Positions 15,802 through 25,166 are shown, counted from the stretch's first letter. The stretch: 27,489 nt of DNA from Candidatus Electronema aureum (GCA_004284765.1 NQJD01000033.1:1-27489), one strand, 5' to 3'. Made by a program: numbers and translations. Notes: generated from the letters alone by a model not told the origin.

Positions 15802-17181
15802 ATGCCTGTTTATGACCGCAGCACGCTGAACAACCTGCTCCGCGAAATCAGCAGCGGCGCGGCTTGCCCCGCTGTACTTCTCTTCGGGGAACGCTCGCTC
15901 TGTCAGCAGGCTGCCGAACAGATCAGCACAGCCCTCTGCGCTCAAGGTGGCGGCACGGTTCACGCCATTGACGGTGATAGCGAAGATCATAGCACCACCT
16001 TAGCCAAACTGCGTAGCTTCAGCTTGCTCGGTGGCAGACAGGTCTTTCGGGTCAACGGCAGCAGGCTCTTTCTTTCTAAGAATGTCGCTGAGGCCATCTG
16101 GAAGAAGGTAGTCAAGGCGTGGGAAGAAGGCAGCGCGGACAAGGCAGCCAAACAGCTGCGGACGATGCTTGCTGCTGCTGGCCTTGATAGCAGCGATGAT
16201 CCTGGTAGCCTCAGCGATGAGCAGTGGAAAAAGTGTTTCAGCTTTGCCAAGCCTGCCGGTAATCTAAGCTGGACAGGCCCGTTGCTTGAGCAGACAGAAA
16301 TCAGCAACGCCAAGCTCTCCACTGGAGATGCGGGCGAAATGCTGCTGGCAGCGTTAGATAACGGTGTCCCGAAGAATAACAGCCTGCTTCTCCTTGCTGA
16401 GGAGCTTGATAAGCGCAAGAAGCTCTACAAATCCTTCAGCGCGAAATTCGCTGTGCTTGATCTGAGTGTGGATACTGGCTCTTCTTCACAGGCGAAAAAA
16501 GAACAGGAAGGGGTGTTGCGCGAACAAATCAGCAAGGTGCTGAAAGATTTTGGCAAGACGCTGGATAAAGGCGTGATTGAACAGCTTTTAGAGCGGGTGG
16601 GCTTTCATCCCGGCGCAGCAGTGACCGAGACAGAAAAGCTGGCCTTGTCGGTCGGTGATGCGCCCCGGATTACCTTAGATGATCTCAACTTGATGGTAGG
16701 CCGCACACGCGAAGAAGCGGTTTTTGAGCTGACCGAGGCAGTGGGTAATAGGGATATAGACAAGGCACTTCGCATTGCCGCCCGCCTTCAGGAGAATGGT
16801 ATTCACGGCTTGGCAGTGATAGCAACTCTGCGCAATTTCACCCGTAATCTGCTCCTCTTCCGCGCTTTGCAAGAGCAGGAGCAATACCGCTTCAGGCCCG
16901 GTATCGCCCCAAATGTATTTCAGGAACAATGCTTGCCCCTGCTGAAAGAAAATCTAAACTGGAAAAACGAACTGTCCGGTCATCCCTTTGCTTTGTATAT
17001 GAAATTCAAGACGGCCTCTGCTTTTTCCCTACCGCTGCTGCGGCACTGGCTGCGGTTGATTTTGTCTGCTGACCGACGGCTGAAAGGCTCACCGATCAGC
17101 GCAGACACGGTGATTCAGCATCTTGTGCTGGCCATGATAACTACAGTGTCGGACAAAGGGAACTTGCAAAATAGAATCTGA
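15802..17181 (+). CDS. holA: DNA polymerase III delta subunit, long form
   Basis: N-terminal PAVLLFGERSLCQQAAEQI and the C-terminal helical domain (EAVFELTEAVGNRDIDKALRIAARLQENGIHGLAVIATLRNFTRNLLLF) resemble HolA. At 459 aa it is about 110 aa longer than typical HolA, through an insertion near residues 110-230. Confidence 0.55.
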   Translation: MPVYDRSTLNNLLREISSGAACPAVLLFGERSLCQQAAEQISTALCAQGGGTVHAIDGDSEDHSTTLAKLRSFSLLGGRQVFRVNGSRLFLSKNVAEAIWKKVVKAWEEGSADKAAKQLRTMLAAAGLDSSDDPGSLSDEQWKKCFSFAKPAGNLSWTGPLLEQTEISNAKLSTGDAGEMLLAALDNGVPKNNSLLLLAEELDKRKKLYKSFSAKFAVLDLSVDTGSSSQAKKEQEGVLREQISKVLKDFGKTLDKGVIEQLLERVGFHPGAAVTETEKLALSVGDAPRITLDDLNLMVGRTREEAVFELTEAVGNRDIDKALRIAARLQENGIHGLAVIATLRNFTRNLLLFRALQEQEQYRFRPGIAPNVFQEQCLPLLKENLNWKNELSGHPFALYMKFKTASAFSLPLLRHWLRLILSADRRLKGSPISADTVIQHLVLAMITTVSDKGNLQNRI

Positions 17182-17283
17182 GCGTTATACAATACAGGAA
17201 GGAAGAATTTCTTCCACTTCGATATCTCCCCTGCGCGCGGGGCAGCTCTGCCGAATTTAATCGTCAAACAAAACAAGCAGGAA

Positions 17284-17598
17284 ATGGGTATCACGCATTC
17301 AGGAACGAAAGAAGAGACCGTAGTTAAAGAGCGGATAAAGCTCCAAGAACCGCCCCAGTACAAGGTTCTTCTTCATAATGATGATTATACGACTATGGAT
17401 TTTGTGGTCATGATCCTTGAGCTGATTTTTAGCAAAAACACGGCAGAAGCCACGGCAATTATGCTCAGTGTCCATCATCAAGGGCGTGGCGTAGCTGGCA
17501 TTTACACCCGTGAAATTGGCGAGACCAAGGTCGCGGAAGTGCATCAGCTGGCTCGGAAAAATCAGTACCCCCTGAAATGCTCCTTGGAACGGGCCTGA
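17284..17598 (+). CDS. clpS: ATP-dependent Clp protease adaptor ClpS
   Basis: PPQYKVLLHNDDYTTMDFVVMILELIF..AEATAIMLSVHHQGRGVAGIYTREIGETKV is the canonical ClpS core. It lies immediately upstream of clpA. Confidence 0.9.
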   Translation: MGITHSGTKEETVVKERIKLQEPPQYKVLLHNDDYTTMDFVVMILELIFSKNTAEATAIMLSVHHQGRGVAGIYTREIGETKVAEVHQLARKNQYPLKCSLERA

Positions 17599-17645
17599 GG
17601 TCAACACCTGACTCTGAACTTTAAAATTTCACATATAAGGCCATC

Positions 17646-19943
17646 ATGTTAAGTCGAAAATTAGAGCTGGCCCTGATCAAGGCCATTAAGGAAGCAAAAT
17701 TGAAGAGGCATGAGTATGTGACGGTTGAACACATGCTCTGGGGCTTGCTCCACGACGAGACAGCCTCCCATATTATTGAAAAATGCGGCGGCAGTAACGA
17801 ATCGCTCAAAGAACGGTTAGAGGAGTTCTTAGCTGGCGGAATTCCGTTGCTCCAGACTGGTAAGGTCGAGCCATCGCAGACCGTGGCCTTTAACCGGGTA
17901 CTTCAGCGGGCGGTCAATCATGTGCAAAGCGCGGGCAAGCGTGAGGTTGATACCGGTGATGTGCTGGTCTCCATTTTCGCTGAACCAGATTCGCACGCGG
18001 TTTATTTTCTCGGCAGTGAGGGCGTGGGCAGATTAGAAGTGATGGAGTACCTTTCTCATCACATGGCGGAAAGCAGTGCGCCTAAAAACGGCCCGCTGCC
18101 GATGGCTCGTCAGGCCGAGCAGTCCGATAGTCCCGCTAAGGAGCAGAAAAAGAAAGCAGAAGGCGAAGACCCGCTGGAGCAGTTCACGGTCAACTTTGCC
18201 GAATTAGCTGCCAAAGGGAAGATTGACCCGTTGATCGGCAGAAGCCGCGAATTAGAGCGGATGATGCAGGTACTCTGCCGCCGCCGCAAAAATAACCCGC
18301 TTTTGGTGGGTGAGCCAGGCGTGGGTAAAACTGCGATTGCTGAAGGTCTTGCCCTGTGTATTCACGAGGACAGCCTAACTCGTCAATCGGCAACTCCTGA
18401 TCCGGCCAAATTAGTTCCAGCCTTACTGCAAGATACAACCATTTACATGCTTGACATGGGTGCGTTAGTGGCAGGAACCAAGTATCGGGGTGATTTTGAA
18501 AAACGGCTGAAATCGGTAGTGAATACCATTGAAAAGATGGATAAAGCCATTCTCTTCATCGACGAGATGCACACCATCGTCGGTGCTGGCGCAACCAGCG
18601 GCGGCTCGATGGATGCCTCCAATTTGCTTAAACCTGCGCTGCAAGCTGGCACCTTGCGCTGCATTGGTTCGACCACTTACGAGGAATACAAGAATTACAT
18701 CGAAAAAGATCGTGCGCTTTCACGTCGTTTCCAAAAGGTGGATATTGAGGAACCTTCGGTGGAGGATACCTGCGCTATTTTGCGCGGCTTACAATCTCGT
18801 TATGAGCAGCATCATCAGTTAAAATATGCGGATGATGCGATTCAGGCTGCTGCCGAGTTAGCGAATCGTTATATCAACGACCGCTTTCTGCCAGACAAGG
18901 CGATTGACGTAATGGACGAAGTGGGTGCGTCGATGCGCTTGGCCGGAAAAATTGGCACGACCGTGACAATGGGTGATGTGGAAGCGATTGTTGCCAAAAT
19001 GGCTCGTGTGCCGGTGGTTTCCAAGGTCAATAACAAAACTGAGGGCTTGCGTCATTTAGAGAAAGACCTCAAATCTGTGATCTTCGGCCAAGATGAAGCA
19101 GTGATCGAAGTGGTGCGGGCGGTAAAGCGTGCCAGAGCCGGATTAGGCAATCCGAATGCTCCTACTGGTTCGTTCCTCTTTGCTGGCCCGACTGGTGTGG
19201 GTAAAACTGAGGTCGCTCGCCAGCTTGCTCAGTCTTTGTCGGTCAACTTTGAACGCTTCGATATGAGCGAGTACATGGAAAAACATGCAGTTTCGCGGTT
19301 GATCGGTGCACCTCCCGGCTATATCGGCTTTGAGCAAGGCGGCCTGCTCACTGATGCGATCCGCAAGCATCCGCACACCGTGCTGTTGCTCGACGAAATT
19401 GAAAAGGCACACCCAGATGTTTTTTCGATTCTGCTTCAGGTGATGGATCACTCAACTCTGACCGACAACAGCGGTAGGAGGGCTGATTTCCGCAACGTGA
19501 TCTTGATCATGACCACCAACGCGGGCGCACGGGAGATGACTGAGCGCACCATCGGTTTCACCGGTGATTCCAAGGGCAAGGAGCAAAAGGCACTGAAAAA
19601 TCTCTTCTCACCGGAGTTCCGCAACCGCTTAGACAGCATCATTACCTTTCATCCGTTGGAAATGACAGCGGTAGAGCGGATAGTTGGCAAGATGATTTTG
19701 GAGCTTCAGAGTCAGCTCGCCGACAAAAATGTGACCATCACCCTGACCCCGACCGCTCGCAAAAAATTGGCCGAGCAGGGCTATGACCCGGCCTTTGGCG
19801 CACGGCCCATGCGTCGGCTGATTATGAAAGAAATCGGCGACGTGCTGACTGAGGAAATCCTCTTCGGCAAACTGAGCAAGGGCGGCAAAGCGCGTATTGG
19901 CTGTCGTCACGGCAAGATGACCTTTGAGTATTTTGATCAGTAG
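17646..19943 (+). CDS. clpA: ATP-dependent Clp protease ATP-binding subunit ClpA
   Basis: Clp N-domain plus two AAA+ modules ([14 protein letters not shown]; [14 protein letters not shown]). Sensor and ClpA-type motifs are present ([20 protein letters not shown]). 765 aa, with no ClpB-style long middle domain. Confidence 0.92.
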   Translation: MLSRKLELALIKAIKEAKLKRHEYVTVEHMLWGLLHDETASHIIEKCGGSNESLKERLEEFLAGGIPLLQTGKVEPSQTVAFNRVLQRAVNHVQSAGKREVDTGDVLVSIFAEPDSHAVYFLGSEGVGRLEVMEYLSHHMAESSAPKNGPLPMARQAEQSDSPAKEQKKKAEGEDPLEQFTVNFAELAAKGKIDPLIGRSRELERMMQVLCRRRKNNPLLVGEPGVGKTAIAEGLALCIHEDSLTRQSATPDPAKLVPALLQDTTIYMLDMGALVAGTKYRGDFEKRLKSVVNTIEKMDKAILFIDEMHTIVGAGATSGGSMDASNLLKPALQAGTLRCIGSTTYEEYKNYIEKDRALSRRFQKVDIEEPSVEDTCAILRGLQSRYEQHHQLKYADDAIQAAAELANRYINDRFLPDKAIDVMDEVGASMRLAGKIGTTVTMGDVEAIVAKMARVPVVSKVNNKTEGLRHLEKDLKSVIFGQDEAVIEVVRAVKRARAGLGNPNAPTGSFLFAGPTGVGKTEVARQLAQSLSVNFERFDMSEYMEKHAVSRLIGAPPGYIGFEQGGLLTDAIRKHPHTVLLLDEIEKAHPDVFSILLQVMDHSTLTDNSGRRADFRNVILIMTTNAGAREMTERTIGFTGDSKGKEQKALKNLFSPEFRNRLDSIITFHPLEMTAVERIVGKMILELQSQLADKNVTITLTPTARKKLAEQGYDPAFGARPMRRLIMKEIGDVLTEEILFGKLSKGGKARIGCRHGKMTFEYFDQ

Positions 19944-19960
19944 CTGCGTTTTCAGTTCAG

Positions 19961-19996
19961 GCAGGCTGCAAGGTAATTCAGCGCAGCCTGCTTTTT
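19961..19996 (+). terminator. Rho-independent terminator of clpA
   Basis: Stem gcaggctgc (19961-19969) pairs with gcagcctgc (19983-19991), followed by ttttt. Confidence 0.7.
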
Positions 19997-20106
19997 CTTC
20001 CTTTCTTCGGTTGACAAAGTTCTGTTGGTCGATGTAAAAGATGCAGATAGGAATAATTGAAACTGCATCTTTCTTTCCTTCGTTCTCAATAATCCAAGGT
20101 ATTTCG

Positions 20107-20601
20107 ATGATACGAATCAAAATGGTGGCATTGGCCGCTCTTCTGCTCCTGCTGTCTGGTAGTGCGACGTTGGCAGCTGACAAAGCCATGCCAACTTTTT
20201 CTCTGCCTTCTGTTGCTGACGCAAAAAAAGTAAACAGCGATGATTTTAAGAATAAGGTACTTTTAGTCAGCTTTTTCGCCACGTGGTGTCCGCCCTGTCG
20301 AGAGGAAATTCCCGATTTCATTACCCTACAAACAGAGCTGGGCAGCAAGGGCTTTTCCGTGCTGGGTGTTTCAGTTGACGAAGGCGGAGTCGAGAGCGTG
20401 AAGCAGTTAGTCGAGCAAACAAAGATCAACTACCCTGTGGTCATGGCAGATGAAGACCTCTTGACGGGATTCGGCGGCATTTCCGGTGTTCCCACCTCTT
20501 TTCTGGTCAACAAGAAAGGCAATGTAGTCAAGTTTTACCCTGGCTATGTGCCTCATGACACCCTGAGAAATGACATTGAACAGGTGGTGAAGGAGAACTG
20601 A
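20107..20601 (+). CDS. TlpA/ResA-family periplasmic thiol:disulfide oxidoreductase
   Basis: Signal peptide MIRIKMVALAALLLLLSGSATLAA, thioredoxin-fold motif FFATWCPPCREEIP, and GVPTSFLV. The start is placed at ATG 20107, after AAGGT. Confidence 0.8.
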   Translation: MIRIKMVALAALLLLLSGSATLAADKAMPTFSLPSVADAKKVNSDDFKNKVLLVSFFATWCPPCREEIPDFITLQTELGSKGFSVLGVSVDEGGVESVKQLVEQTKINYPVVMADEDLLTGFGGISGVPTSFLVNKKGNVVKFYPGYVPHDTLRNDIEQVVKEN

Positions 20602-20714
20602 AAGACGAGTTCACCTTGACAAGCTGTGCGGAAAGAATTATTCTTTTGGTGAGCATTATTCGGTTCAGTAAGAGCCGTAAGTCTTTAAAATTGAAATCAT
20701 TCAAGGAGATTGTC

Positions 20715-20918
20715 ATGCAGAAAATCATTGCCGCAGTTATGGCCGCAGCTTTTGTCGCTGTCGCAGTAGTAGCTATTGCCGCTACCAAAAAAGAGGAATG
20801 CAAAGTTACAGCAGTAGAAGGCGACAAAGTCACCATGACCTGTGAGAAAACCGAGTTGAAAGCAGACGACAAGGTTGAAGTAAAGAAGAAGGAAGAAAAG
20901 GCTGTTGAAGGCTGCTAA
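20715..20918 (+). CDS. Small (67 aa) Lys/Glu-rich exported hypothetical protein with three Cys
   Basis: AAGGAG lies 7 nt upstream of ATG 20715. The protein has an N-terminal hydrophobic helix (MQKIIAAVMAAAFVAVAVVAIAA) and ends ..AVEGC. A terminator follows. Confidence 0.5.
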   Translation: MQKIIAAVMAAAFVAVAVVAIAATKKEECKVTAVEGDKVTMTCEKTELKADDKVEVKKKEEKAVEGC

Positions 20919-20943
20919 AAAACAGTAGATAGTTTTCTGTAAG

Positions 20944-20982
20944 AAAGCCGGTGGCGTATAATGCGTCACTGGCTTTCGTTTT
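20944..20982 (+). terminator. Rho-independent terminator after the small ORF
   Basis: A 13-bp stem pairs 20944-20956 with 20964-20976. Its two G-U pairs are valid only in plus-strand RNA. The loop is tataatg, followed by cgtttt. It overlaps the last codons of the convergent PK-like ORF. Confidence 0.55.
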
Positions 20983-22969
20983 GATAAGACCTCTTGCATA
21001 AGCGAGAATTGAGCCATACCGGACAGATGCCGTCAGCATCCGTCTCCTGCGCCGCCAGATCAGCTTCCGCTGCCGGGGCAGCGGAAAGGGCATGGGCCAA
21101 GCGCAGCTCGCGCAGCATGGCCCGCTTCTTGGTCTGGTGGCTGTGCATCCGCCTGAGGATGCTGTCCAAGGTTCGCACCGCGCTGAGGACGTGCGGCCCC
21201 TTGTTGAGCATCACGCATTCGGCCCGGTCGCCCATGGCCGCGTCGCTGATTTCGGCGCGGGAGGGCATTCCGTCCTTGGCCAGTGCCTCCAGCACCTGCG
21301 TGGCCCAGATCACCGGCACATGCGCGGCCTCGCAGATCCAGAGGATTTCCTCCTGCACCTCAGCCAGCCGCTCGAAGCCGCATTCAATGGCTAAATCGCC
21401 CCGTGCGATCATCACCCCGCAGCAGGGCGACTGCATGGCCGCGAGGAGTATGTCCGGCAGATTCTCAAAGCCTGCCTTGGTCTCGATTTTCAGCACCAAG
21501 GCAGGCTGTCTGCCGCCGAGACGGGCCAGCTGGCTGCGCAGCTGCTCCACGTCGGCGGCGCAGTTGGCGAAGGACAGCTCGACCACGTCGGCATGAACAA
21601 CGGCAAAGGCCAAGTCTTCGATGCCCTTGTCGCCCCGCAGTCTGCCGCCGCCGGGCTTGGTCTGGGTGATGCGGACAAAAACCTCCGCCGCCTCCACCTT
21701 GTCAATGATGCCGCCGATCTTGCCATCGTCGAACCAGACCGGCTCGCCTGGCCTGACTTGGTCGAAGACTTCCGGGATGGTGCAGCCGATCATCGCCGGG
21801 GTGAGCAGGTGGTCCGCGCTGTCCAGTGCCGCCGGACGGCCTGGGCGGAGGTCGCGGGTGATGAGAAGCTGGTCGCCGGGCAGAAGGAGCAGGGCGTTCT
21901 CTGCCATCGGCAGCTCGCCGACCACGCATTCCCGCTTCCGTCTCTTGGCCGGGCCGCGTTTGTGGCGGAGGATCGTGCCGGGGGTGATATAGACGGTTTT
22001 CACCGCCTCGGCCCAGCAGCCCTTGGCGGTCACGTCAGCGATGAGCAGCAGCCGCTTGGCTCCGCGCGCATCGCGGAGGCTGATCTGCCGTCCCGACCGG
22101 GCGACGGCCAGCCAGTCCTCCGGCACCGGTAGGCAGAGATCTGCCGCTGAAGGCGGCGACTGAGGATCAGTCTCGGCAGTCAGCCAGATCCGCCCCGGCG
22201 CGGTGACATTGCCGCAGGCATCGCGGCAGGGCCGGACGCGGGCCGCTGCCAATCCCGGCTCCACCGGCCCGGTGCGCAGCTTCGGCCCGGCCAAGTCCAT
22301 CACCACCTTGCAGGAGCGGCCCTGCGCCTGCTCGGCCTGCCGCAAGTGGCCGATCATCCGCAGCCACGCCTCTGGCCCGTCGTGGGCGCAGTTGACCCTC
22401 ATGCAGTCCATGCCCTGCCGAAGCAGCTCCTCCACCAAGGCGGAGTTGTCCGCCGCCTCGCTCGGCATGGTGACCATGATCCGCACCCCGCGCCCGGCAG
22501 CCGCCTCGCCGAGCAGTGCCTCAGCGTGCTCGGCAAGGAGCCGCTCGCCGACAGCGAAGGCCACGCCCCGGTTTTCCGGCGGCGGCATTGGCTGGCCAGT
22601 GAGGCGGCGGAGCATGTCCAGCACCGCGTCCACGGTGGCCAGAACATGGGACTCGGCCCGCCCCAGCGAGGAGAAGCCGAGCGCGGCCAGCCGCCTCTGC
22701 AAGGGGCGGAGGTCGCGGCGGCGCAAGGCCAGATAGTGAAGAAGGTTGCGCGCGCTTTCCCGGTAATGGGGGTGGGCCGCAGCGAGACGGGCTTCTGTCC
22801 GCTCATCGGCGGCGGCCAGCTCCGCCCGGATGGCAGCCAGCTGGTCGCGGACGCTTTGCAGCTCCGCGTCGTCCTCTGCCAGAGCCAGCGGCGGCAGGCG
22901 CTCCTTCAGCTTTTTTGTTGCGGTGTTCTTCCGTGTGTCCTCGTGCTTGTGCGCCGTGATCATCATCAT
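20966..22969 (-). CDS. Atypical pyruvate-kinase-family protein (PK barrel plus long N-terminal helical extension, no C-terminal allosteric domain)
   Basis: PK barrel motifs: GMDCMRVNCAHDG, MDLAGPKLRTG, LKIETKAGFENL, MIARGDLAIECG, VIWATQVLEALA..PSRAEISDAA, VMLNKGPH. The start is probably one of three ATGs at 22969/22966/22963, after GGAGGA. The ORF-track TTG at 23068 lies in a TTGACA box. Confidence 0.7.
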   Translation of the reverse strand: MMMITAHKHEDTRKNTATKKLKERLPPLALAEDDAELQSVRDQLAAIRAELAAADERTEARLAAAHPHYRESARNLLHYLALRRRDLRPLQRRLAALGFSSLGRAESHVLATVDAVLDMLRRLTGQPMPPPENRGVAFAVGERLLAEHAEALLGEAAAGRGVRIMVTMPSEAADNSALVEELLRQGMDCMRVNCAHDGPEAWLRMIGHLRQAEQAQGRSCKVVMDLAGPKLRTGPVEPGLAAARVRPCRDACGNVTAPGRIWLTAETDPQSPPSAADLCLPVPEDWLAVARSGRQISLRDARGAKRLLLIADVTAKGCWAEAVKTVYITPGTILRHKRGPAKRRKRECVVGELPMAENALLLLPGDQLLITRDLRPGRPAALDSADHLLTPAMIGCTIPEVFDQVRPGEPVWFDDGKIGGIIDKVEAAEVFVRITQTKPGGGRLRGDKGIEDLAFAVVHADVVELSFANCAADVEQLRSQLARLGGRQPALVLKIETKAGFENLPDILLAAMQSPCCGVMIARGDLAIECGFERLAEVQEEILWICEAAHVPVIWATQVLEALAKDGMPSRAEISDAAMGDRAECVMLNKGPHVLSAVRTLDSILRRMHSHQTKKRAMLRELRLAHALSAAPAAEADLAAQETDADGICPVWLNSRLCKRSYQNESQ

Positions 22970-23147
22970 TTCCTCCGCGTGCAGCGGCAGATTGGATTGA
23001 TCGGCTCCGGCTGGTTGATGTTCAGGCAACTGCGGAGAAAAGTACCCTGCGACCAGCCCGTCTGTCAACGAGAACCGCAGGATGGCGACCTATGGCGGCG
23101 GCTTCTGTCAGCAAGCAAGAGATAGAATGCTGTCCGCTGGCAGAGGA

Positions 23148-23285
23148 CACCAGTGCGCAGGCAGCCTCCTCACCAGTGTCGAGGACGGCCCCTCACTGGT
23201 GATGTCCGCACCTCGACACTAGTGTGCAGCGTGGCTCCTCACTGGTGAGGAGAGTGGCTGGACACTGGTGAGGAGGATGGAGAAG
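23148..23285. repeat. Six-unit 23-bp-phased array built on the octamer CACCAGTG/CACTGGTG
   Basis: Octamers start at 23148, 23171 (CACCAGTG), 23194 (CACTGGTG), 23217 (CACTAGTG), 23240 and 23263 (CACTGGTG), spaced exactly 23 bp throughout. A perfect 16-bp inverted repeat pairs 23165-23180 with 23261-23276. A local hairpin, ctcctca-ctgg-tgaggag, lies at 23235-23252 over the stop codon of the acyltransferase gene. Confidence 0.8.
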
Positions 23286-25014
23286 AAGCCAGCAGCTCGC
23301 CCTCAATATACCGGCTGCGCTTCTGCGCAGTGAGGCGGGCAAGGTCAACCACTACAAGGCCGTCCACGCAGCTGCTGAAGTCGGCATCCACGTTGAAGTC
23401 CAAGAAGCGCACGCCGCCCGGCTCGCAGAGGGCGGCGTACTGCTTGTACAGGGGCGGAACGCTCACGCCCATATTTTGGAGCAGATGCTTCAGGCGTTTG
23501 AAATCCTCGGCGCAGTCCTTGCCGCTGAACTCCTGCGCCAGCGCTGTCTGCGGGCTGGCATAGACAAAGGGGGTGCGCGAGCAGTGCGGCCCGCCGCCGT
23601 AGTGGAGCTGGTAGAAGTAGATCAGCAGGTCTTTGGCACTCTGCGGCATGGCGCTGCTGATGGAGACCGGGCCAAAGAGGTGCCGGTATTGCGGATTCTT
23701 GGCTAAGAACGCGCCGATGCCGTACCAGAGATAATCCAAGCTGCGCTTGCCCCAGTAGCGCGGCTGGACAAAGCTCCGTCCCAGCTCCAGGCCGGAGTTA
23801 AGGAACCAGCGGTGCTCCGGGCCGAAATCAAAGAGACTGTGGGTGTAGAGTCCTTCCAGCCCGTGTTCGGCGATGACGCTGGCCGCATCCGTGAAGCGGT
23901 AGGCACCGACTATTTCCAAGTCGTTCTCATCCCAGAGAACAAGGTGCTGGTAATAGCTGTCAAAGCGGTCAATGTCCCGCCGCCTGCCGGTGCCTTCCTC
24001 CACCGCCCTGAACGCGGTCTCACGCAGGCGGCCAATCTCCCGCAGCAGCGGCGAGGACTCCTGCCCGGCAGCGAGGAATATCAGCTTGCCGTCCGGGGTC
24101 TTGCCCAGCAGCTCCGCCTCCTTCAGGCACTTCTTCAGGTCGCTGCGGCGTTCCGGCAGGGCGACGGCGCTCTCTGTCCGCAGCAGCGGTGCTTTGCCCT
24201 TGCCGATGCGATAGAGGTGCTTCCTGATGAGCTTGACCTTCTTCTCGGCGGCAAAGGGCAGGCTGCGGCAGACTGAATACGGGATGATCTCGCCGACAGT
24301 GAACTTGAGCCGCCGCTTCTGCTGGCGGAACATCTCCTGCACCAAAAGGGCGGTGGAGAGCGGCTTCCACAGGGCCGAGGCGGCGTAGAAGCTGACTGAG
24401 TTCCTGCCGTCCACATGAACAGGCAGGATCGGGGCTTTGGCCTTCTCGGCGATCTTGAGAAAGCCCTTGCGCCACTTGCCGTCCTTGATGCCGCTCAGGC
24501 TGAAGCGCGAGACCTCGCCCGCCGGGAAGACAATCACCGCCTCCTCATTGAGCAGGGCCGCGCTGATCAGGCCAAGCTGCTCCTTGGTGGACGACGCGCC
24601 GCCCATGTTGTTGACCGGCAGCAGGCATGGCCCCAGCGGCTTGATCTGGGACAACAGGCTGTTGGCGACAATGCGGACATCGGAGCGCACCTCGTGAATC
24701 AGCTTGAGCAGGGCAAGGCCGTCGAGCGAGCCGATGGGATGGTTGGCGATGATCACCACCCTGCCGCAGGGCGGGATGTTCTCCCGCTCGCGCTGCGAGA
24801 CCGTGTAGCTGAAGGCGAAATGCTCCAAGGCCTGCTCGACGAAATCCATGCCTTTGAGGTGGGGATACCGGGCGGCGAAGGCGGTGAAGTCGTCCTCGCG
24901 CAGCAGGCGGCGGAGCACAGGCCGCACCGCCGGGCCGAGGAAGGGGCTGTTCTGCACAGCCGGATAATGGTCGGACAGCACTTGCTCAACGGTGAACATA
25001 GGCGCACCTCTCAT
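23239..25014 (-). CDS. Bifunctional PlsC-type O-acyltransferase / OlsB-like GNAT N-acyltransferase (OlsF-like aminolipid synthase)
   Basis: The N-terminal half carries the HX4D acyltransferase motif (IIANHPIGSLDG) and VFPAGEVSR. The C-terminal half is an OlsB/hemolysin-like GNAT (LREIGRLRETAFRAVEEGTGRRRDIDRFDSYYQHLVLWD..IVGAYRF). An alternative start lies at ATG 24999 (MFTVEQ). The last ~15 codons are encoded by the 23-bp repeat array. Confidence 0.7.
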   Translation of the reverse strand: MRGAPMFTVEQVLSDHYPAVQNSPFLGPAVRPVLRRLLREDDFTAFAARYPHLKGMDFVEQALEHFAFSYTVSQRERENIPPCGRVVIIANHPIGSLDGLALLKLIHEVRSDVRIVANSLLSQIKPLGPCLLPVNNMGGASSTKEQLGLISAALLNEEAVIVFPAGEVSRFSLSGIKDGKWRKGFLKIAEKAKAPILPVHVDGRNSVSFYAASALWKPLSTALLVQEMFRQQKRRLKFTVGEIIPYSVCRSLPFAAEKKVKLIRKHLYRIGKGKAPLLRTESAVALPERRSDLKKCLKEAELLGKTPDGKLIFLAAGQESSPLLREIGRLRETAFRAVEEGTGRRRDIDRFDSYYQHLVLWDENDLEIVGAYRFTDAASVIAEHGLEGLYTHSLFDFGPEHRWFLNSGLELGRSFVQPRYWGKRSLDYLWYGIGAFLAKNPQYRHLFGPVSISSAMPQSAKDLLIYFYQLHYGGGPHCSRTPFVYASPQTALAQEFSGKDCAEDFKRLKHLLQNMGVSVPPLYKQYAALCEPGGVRFLDFNVDADFSSCVDGLVVVDLARLTAQKRSRYIEGELLASSPSSSPVSSHSPHQ

Positions 25015-25108
25015 TGCTCTGCGGAGTTTTTCTTGGTTCCGTCCAGAAGAGAGGATACCCTGCGCCTGTTACGATTGCGTTATGGTCAGGTGTGAGATGC
25101 GCTTGAAT

Positions 25109-25146
25109 AAAAAAAACGGCAGAAGCAGCAGGACGCGCTTCTGCCG
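25109..25146 (-). terminator. Rho-independent terminator of the PHP-domain gene
   Basis: On the minus strand, a perfect 10-bp stem cggcagaagc/gcttctgccg (25146-25137 with 25126-25117) and a 10-nt loop are followed by U8 (25116-25109). It lies 20 nt after the stop codon. Confidence 0.8.
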
Positions 25147-25166
25147 GACAACAGCTCCAGCCGCTC

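Noticed and set aside
17182-17283. Short palindromes between holA and clpS (ggaagaa-t-ttcttcc, cccctgcgcgcgggg) as a terminator or riboswitch
   Set aside because: The loops are too small and no U-tract follows. I see no conserved riboswitch-like architecture that I can recognise.
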